64,000 nucleotides of DNA from Candidatus Babeliales bacterium (GTDB lineage Bacteria; Babelota; Babeliae; Babelales; RVW-14): NCBI GenBank assembly GCA_019749895.1, contig JAIEPG010000005.1, positions 6,884 through 70,883 of the forward strand. Reading direction: 5' to 3'. Every line of letters starts with the position of its first letter. Position 1 is the stretch's first letter. The translations under genes and the position numbers were made by a program. Under the pieces are notes generated by a model. The model did no database searches and was not told the DNA's origin. It saw only the letters and a program-made list of their open reading frames with translations. Positions 61,278 to 64,000 of this stretch are shown in pieces.

Positions 61278-62444
61278 TTATATCCCAATTCCACGCTTTT
61301 TTATACTCTTTTGAGAGGCAAAAACCTGCTTATTACGCTCTATGCCCACCTTGCGGATGAGGCTAAAAAAGAACTCGCGGTCGGCCCCTTTTACCACCGC
61401 CTGCTCATGAGCCTCGGCCAAGGCAACGGGGTACCCCTGCCCTTTGGTTGCTTGATCGATCAACACTTTACAAACAAAATCAATCATCTTGGGGTCTTTA
61501 ACCATCCAGCCGGGAAGCTCAACACGCACTATTTCCTTTTCAACATTTAAGTAAAAAAAGCAGGGTTTTAAAAAGCGGGGGTAGTGCTCGGTAATGCTCG
61601 AGCGACTACAAAAGATGGTAGTGCGATGAAAAGGCGGTAAGAAGTTTTGCAACAACTGCGTGTCTACCAACAACTCAAACTGTTTGCACGGACACTTGGC
61701 AACCTTGCCCTGACAAAAAACAAAGGTCTCTTTTTTGTGCTCGCACGCCCGCAAACGAATCATGTTTACCAACTCTTTGCTTTTGGGCATGCTAATGTAA
61801 CCGGCAATTGGCAACTGCTGTTGATAAAAACGGTCCAGGTACATAAGATATTTTTGCAAAAACATATCCCGAATCTCTTCAGGCTTACTTTCTAAATGCC
61901 AAAAAATGAGACTCCCATCGAAGAGCGTAAGCAACTGCCCTTTAACCCCGCCCATCCTGAGCCTGTCGAAGGATCGCTGATAGGCAATCTCAAACTCTAA
62001 CTCTTCACGCTTTAAGTCAACCAAGTCAACCGAGAATGAAAGTTCACTGGTAGTTGGCACAATGTGCTCCGGAAGAAACAATCGTGGCTCAGAAAAGAAA
62101 TTTGCACTACTAGAATCGGCATACGAAAGCAAGATGCCCCCGCAGTTGATCAGAAAACAATTAACCCCGGCAATGTGCCGGTCTGGATAAATTTGGGAAC
62201 CATCAACAGCCAAAACATCGTAGCGCTTAAGATCGTTAACTACAGCAACGCGCTCGCTCAGCTCGTTCATCCAAACAGGCAGGCCGCCAGCTCCACGAGC
62301 TTGAACCAAACGTTCAACAAACGCTTCATCTTTTAACAAATTTTTCCACGCCTGCTGGCCCAAAGCACTTTGCGGCGTGTTGAGTAAAAAGAGTTTGTCT
62401 GCCAACCCTGAAACTTCTTGAGCTAATTTTTCGTGCTTAAGCAT
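61278..62444 (-). CDS. NurA-domain nuclease-like protein
   Basis: VLAVDGSQIYPDRH, LFDGSLIFWHLE and GYPVALAEAHEQAVV resemble the conserved Asp/His blocks of the NurA family. No HerA-like ATPase is adjacent. Confidence 0.5.
   Translation of the reverse strand: MLKHEKLAQEVSGLADKLFLLNTPQSALGQQAWKNLLKDEAFVERLVQARGAGGLPVWMNELSERVAVVNDLKRYDVLAVDGSQIYPDRHIAGVNCFLINCGGILLSYADSSSANFFSEPRLFLPEHIVPTTSELSFSVDLVDLKREELEFEIAYQRSFDRLRMGGVKGQLLTLFDGSLIFWHLESKPEEIRDMFLQKYLMYLDRFYQQQLPIAGYISMPKSKELVNMIRLRACEHKKETFVFCQGKVAKCPCKQFELLVDTQLLQNFLPPFHRTTIFCSRSSITEHYPRFLKPCFFYLNVEKEIVRVELPGWMVKDPKMIDFVCKVLIDQATKGQGYPVALAEAHEQAVVKGADREFFFSLIRKVGIERNKQVFASQKSIKKRGIGI
61945..61978. repeat. GC-rich repeat core embedded in-frame in the NurA-like CDS
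   Basis: cctgagcctgtcgaagg (61956-61972) is identical to 36692-36708. It is translated on the minus strand as SFDRLRMGG. Confidence 0.6.
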
Positions 62445-62478
62445 GGCTGTTTACTATCGCAAAATTGTTAAAAAATTT

Positions 62479-62904
62479 TTACTCGTCGTCAGACAATCCT
62501 GTGTAACTTTGGTCAGACAACTCGCCATCTTCTTCAGAAGATTCGGGCTCAAATTCCTCAGCGTCATCAGACCATCCACCATTACACACCATCTCTTGCC
62601 ACGCGAACATCAAACGCTCTTGGTCAGCAATACGCGCAACAAGCCCCAACCACATCTGCTGATAAGCAGCTAACGCCATAGACGCGGCAAGATATGGGCC
62701 GTGCACGAGCGTTTGAACATCACACATCTTTTGAAAAGCCTGCAAATTAGCAAGCAAAACAGGAAGCGCGCGTGGATAAGGCCAAAGCGCACAAATATAA
62801 TCTGCAGGATCTATCTTCAACGCAACAGGAGCCGCACCAGAAGGAGAGGCGGCAGATGAATAACTCAACAACAATAACGTTACCATTACGCGTAGAAATA
62901 CCAT
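62479..62904 (-). CDS. secreted hypothetical protein with acidic tail
   Basis: Leader MVFLRVMVTLLLLSYSSAAS. C-terminus DDAEEFEPESSEEDGELSDQSYTGLSDDE. Confidence 0.55.
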   Translation of the reverse strand: MVFLRVMVTLLLLSYSSAASPSGAAPVALKIDPADYICALWPYPRALPVLLANLQAFQKMCDVQTLVHGPYLAASMALAAYQQMWLGLVARIADQERLMFAWQEMVCNGGWSDDAEEFEPESSEEDGELSDQSYTGLSDDE

Positions 62905-62935
62905 ACTGCCTCCTCGCAAAAACTAAATTAAAAGC

Positions 62936-64000
62936 TTAACGACCACAACAAGCCTTATATTTTTTGCCTGACCCACAAGAACACGCATCGTTTCTGCCTA
63001 CTTTTGGACTTTCACGACGCACGGTTGCGGCATCCGCCTTGCCCGTTTCGTCACCAGTCATTTGCAACTCAGAAAGTTCTTTTTCTTTCTTGCGCTCAAT
63101 TTCATGAATTTGCGCAACGCTAAACTCGTCTGGCTTCATTTTGAAAATGCGATACACAATGTCCCAGGTAATCTGGCCCATCATCTTTTCAAATTCAGTA
63201 AACGCTTCTTTTTTGTACTCAGTAAGCGGGTTCTTTTGCCCGTAACCGCGCAAACCAATACCTTCCTTCAAGTGATCAATGTTTTGTAAATGAATCTTCC
63301 AGGCTTGATCAACCGTTTCAAGCAATACCCATTTTTCAGCTTCATCAATAATATCTTGAGAAATTGAGCTGCGATATTGTTCATACTGGTAGCATAAAAA
63401 TTCAGTAATGCTGTGCTGCATTGAAGCCTCACCAGCTTTTGCAGAATACGCTTGCGTAAAGTGGCGCCCTTCAATGCCGGTCAAACGCTCAAGAGAATGC
63501 AAAATTTCTTGCAAACCTTGCTCGTCACACACACCTTGTGGGCAGTGAATAGCAAACAAATGATGCACCACGTCGGCAATCATATCACGCACCAAGCTCT
63601 TGATTTGGTCGGCACCTTCAAGAATTTCGCGACGGTACTGGTAAATTACTGAACGTTGATTGTTAAGCACGTCATCGTATTCAAGCAAATGCTTACGAAT
63701 ATCAAAGTTATGCTTCTCAACTTTTTCTTGCGCCTTTTCAATGCTGCGGGTCACCATGCGATGCTCAATGCTTTCGCCAGCCTTCATACCAATGCGCTCC
63801 ATGTTGCGCTTCAGCTTGTCGCCCGCAAAAATTCTCATCAAATCATCGTCCAACGACAGGTAAAATTTAGAAGAACCTGGGTCACCTTGACGCCCTGCTC
63901 GACCTCGCAACTGATTGTCGATACGTCTGCTTTCATGACGCTCAGTACCAATAATGCGTAGTCCGCCAACTTCGCGCACCCCTTCACCAAGCTTAATGTC
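62936..64000 (-). CDS. secA: preprotein translocase ATPase SecA, C-terminal part (continues beyond the right edge)
   Basis: GGLRIIGTERHESRRIDNQLRGRAGRQGDPGSSKFYLSLDDDLMRIF and C-terminal zinc-binding CSCGSGKKYKACCG. The frame stays open to nt 64000. Confidence 0.9.
   Translation of the reverse strand, partial: DIKLGEGVREVGGLRIIGTERHESRRIDNQLRGRAGRQGDPGSSKFYLSLDDDLMRIFAGDKLKRNMERIGMKAGESIEHRMVTRSIEKAQEKVEKHNFDIRKHLLEYDDVLNNQRSVIYQYRREILEGADQIKSLVRDMIADVVHHLFAIHCPQGVCDEQGLQEILHSLERLTGIEGRHFTQAYSAKAGEASMQHSITEFLCYQYEQYRSSISQDIIDEAEKWVLLETVDQAWKIHLQNIDHLKEGIGLRGYGQKNPLTEYKKEAFTEFEKMMGQITWDIVYRIFKMKPDEFSVAQIHEIERKKEKELSELQMTGDETGKADAATVRRESPKVGRNDACSCGSGKKYKACCGR

Noticed and set aside
1-64000. 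Classical mobile-element, prophage or defence-island explanation for the arrays
   Set aside because: No transposase, integrase, phage structural, restriction-modification, Cas or toxin-antitoxin-like ORF is recognisable in any frame. A core gene (ychF) is embedded in array C, and the duplication scar points to in-place tandem duplication.

Overview
This 64-kb window looks like a bacterial chromosome segment. Housekeeping genes present are sodA, uvrC, an HU gene, miaB, ychF, an ABC-F ATPase, the secA 3' end, acs, tRNA-Leu(UAA) and tRNA-Cys(GCA).

More than half of the window encodes about 50 paralogous genes that each begin with a Sec-type leader peptide:
- Array A (12.2-21.8 kb, + strand): 12 ankyrin-repeat genes.
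- Array B (25.4-29.6 kb, + strand): 6 divergent two-ankyrin genes.
- Array C (42.4-56.3 kb, - strand, interrupted by ychF): 17 ankyrin genes.
- Array D (56.3-58.5 kb, - strand): 5 small paralogues.
- A four-gene Ser-rich cluster (2.7-6.7 kb) and a four-gene family (32.3-35.0 kb).

Each family has its own near-invariant leader cassette. Seven of these proteins end in a eukaryotic-type CaaX prenylation box (CVIC, CVIC, CIIS, CIIS, CSLQ, CLLF, CHIL), and three of those have a polybasic tract just upstream. Others carry NLS-like basic coiled coils, poly-Ser tracts or acidic tails. This points to a host-associated, probably intracellular, bacterium with a Sec-leader-tagged effector arsenal whose export route is unknown.

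Other notable items:
- A mevalonate operon with the archaeal-style thiolase/HMG-CoA synthase/DUF35 trio, a class II HMG-CoA reductase and mevalonate kinase. A 4.4-kb insert of secreted-protein genes splits it.
- A dispersed GC-rich repeat family, including one in-frame copy inside a CDS.
- A ~450-bp nested palindrome between convergent genes.
- A tandem-duplication scar.
- An orphan GspE/PilB ATPase.
- A 7-TM PQ-loop protein.

No database searches were run. All calls rest on motifs read from the translations, and start codons are inferred from leader and RBS logic.
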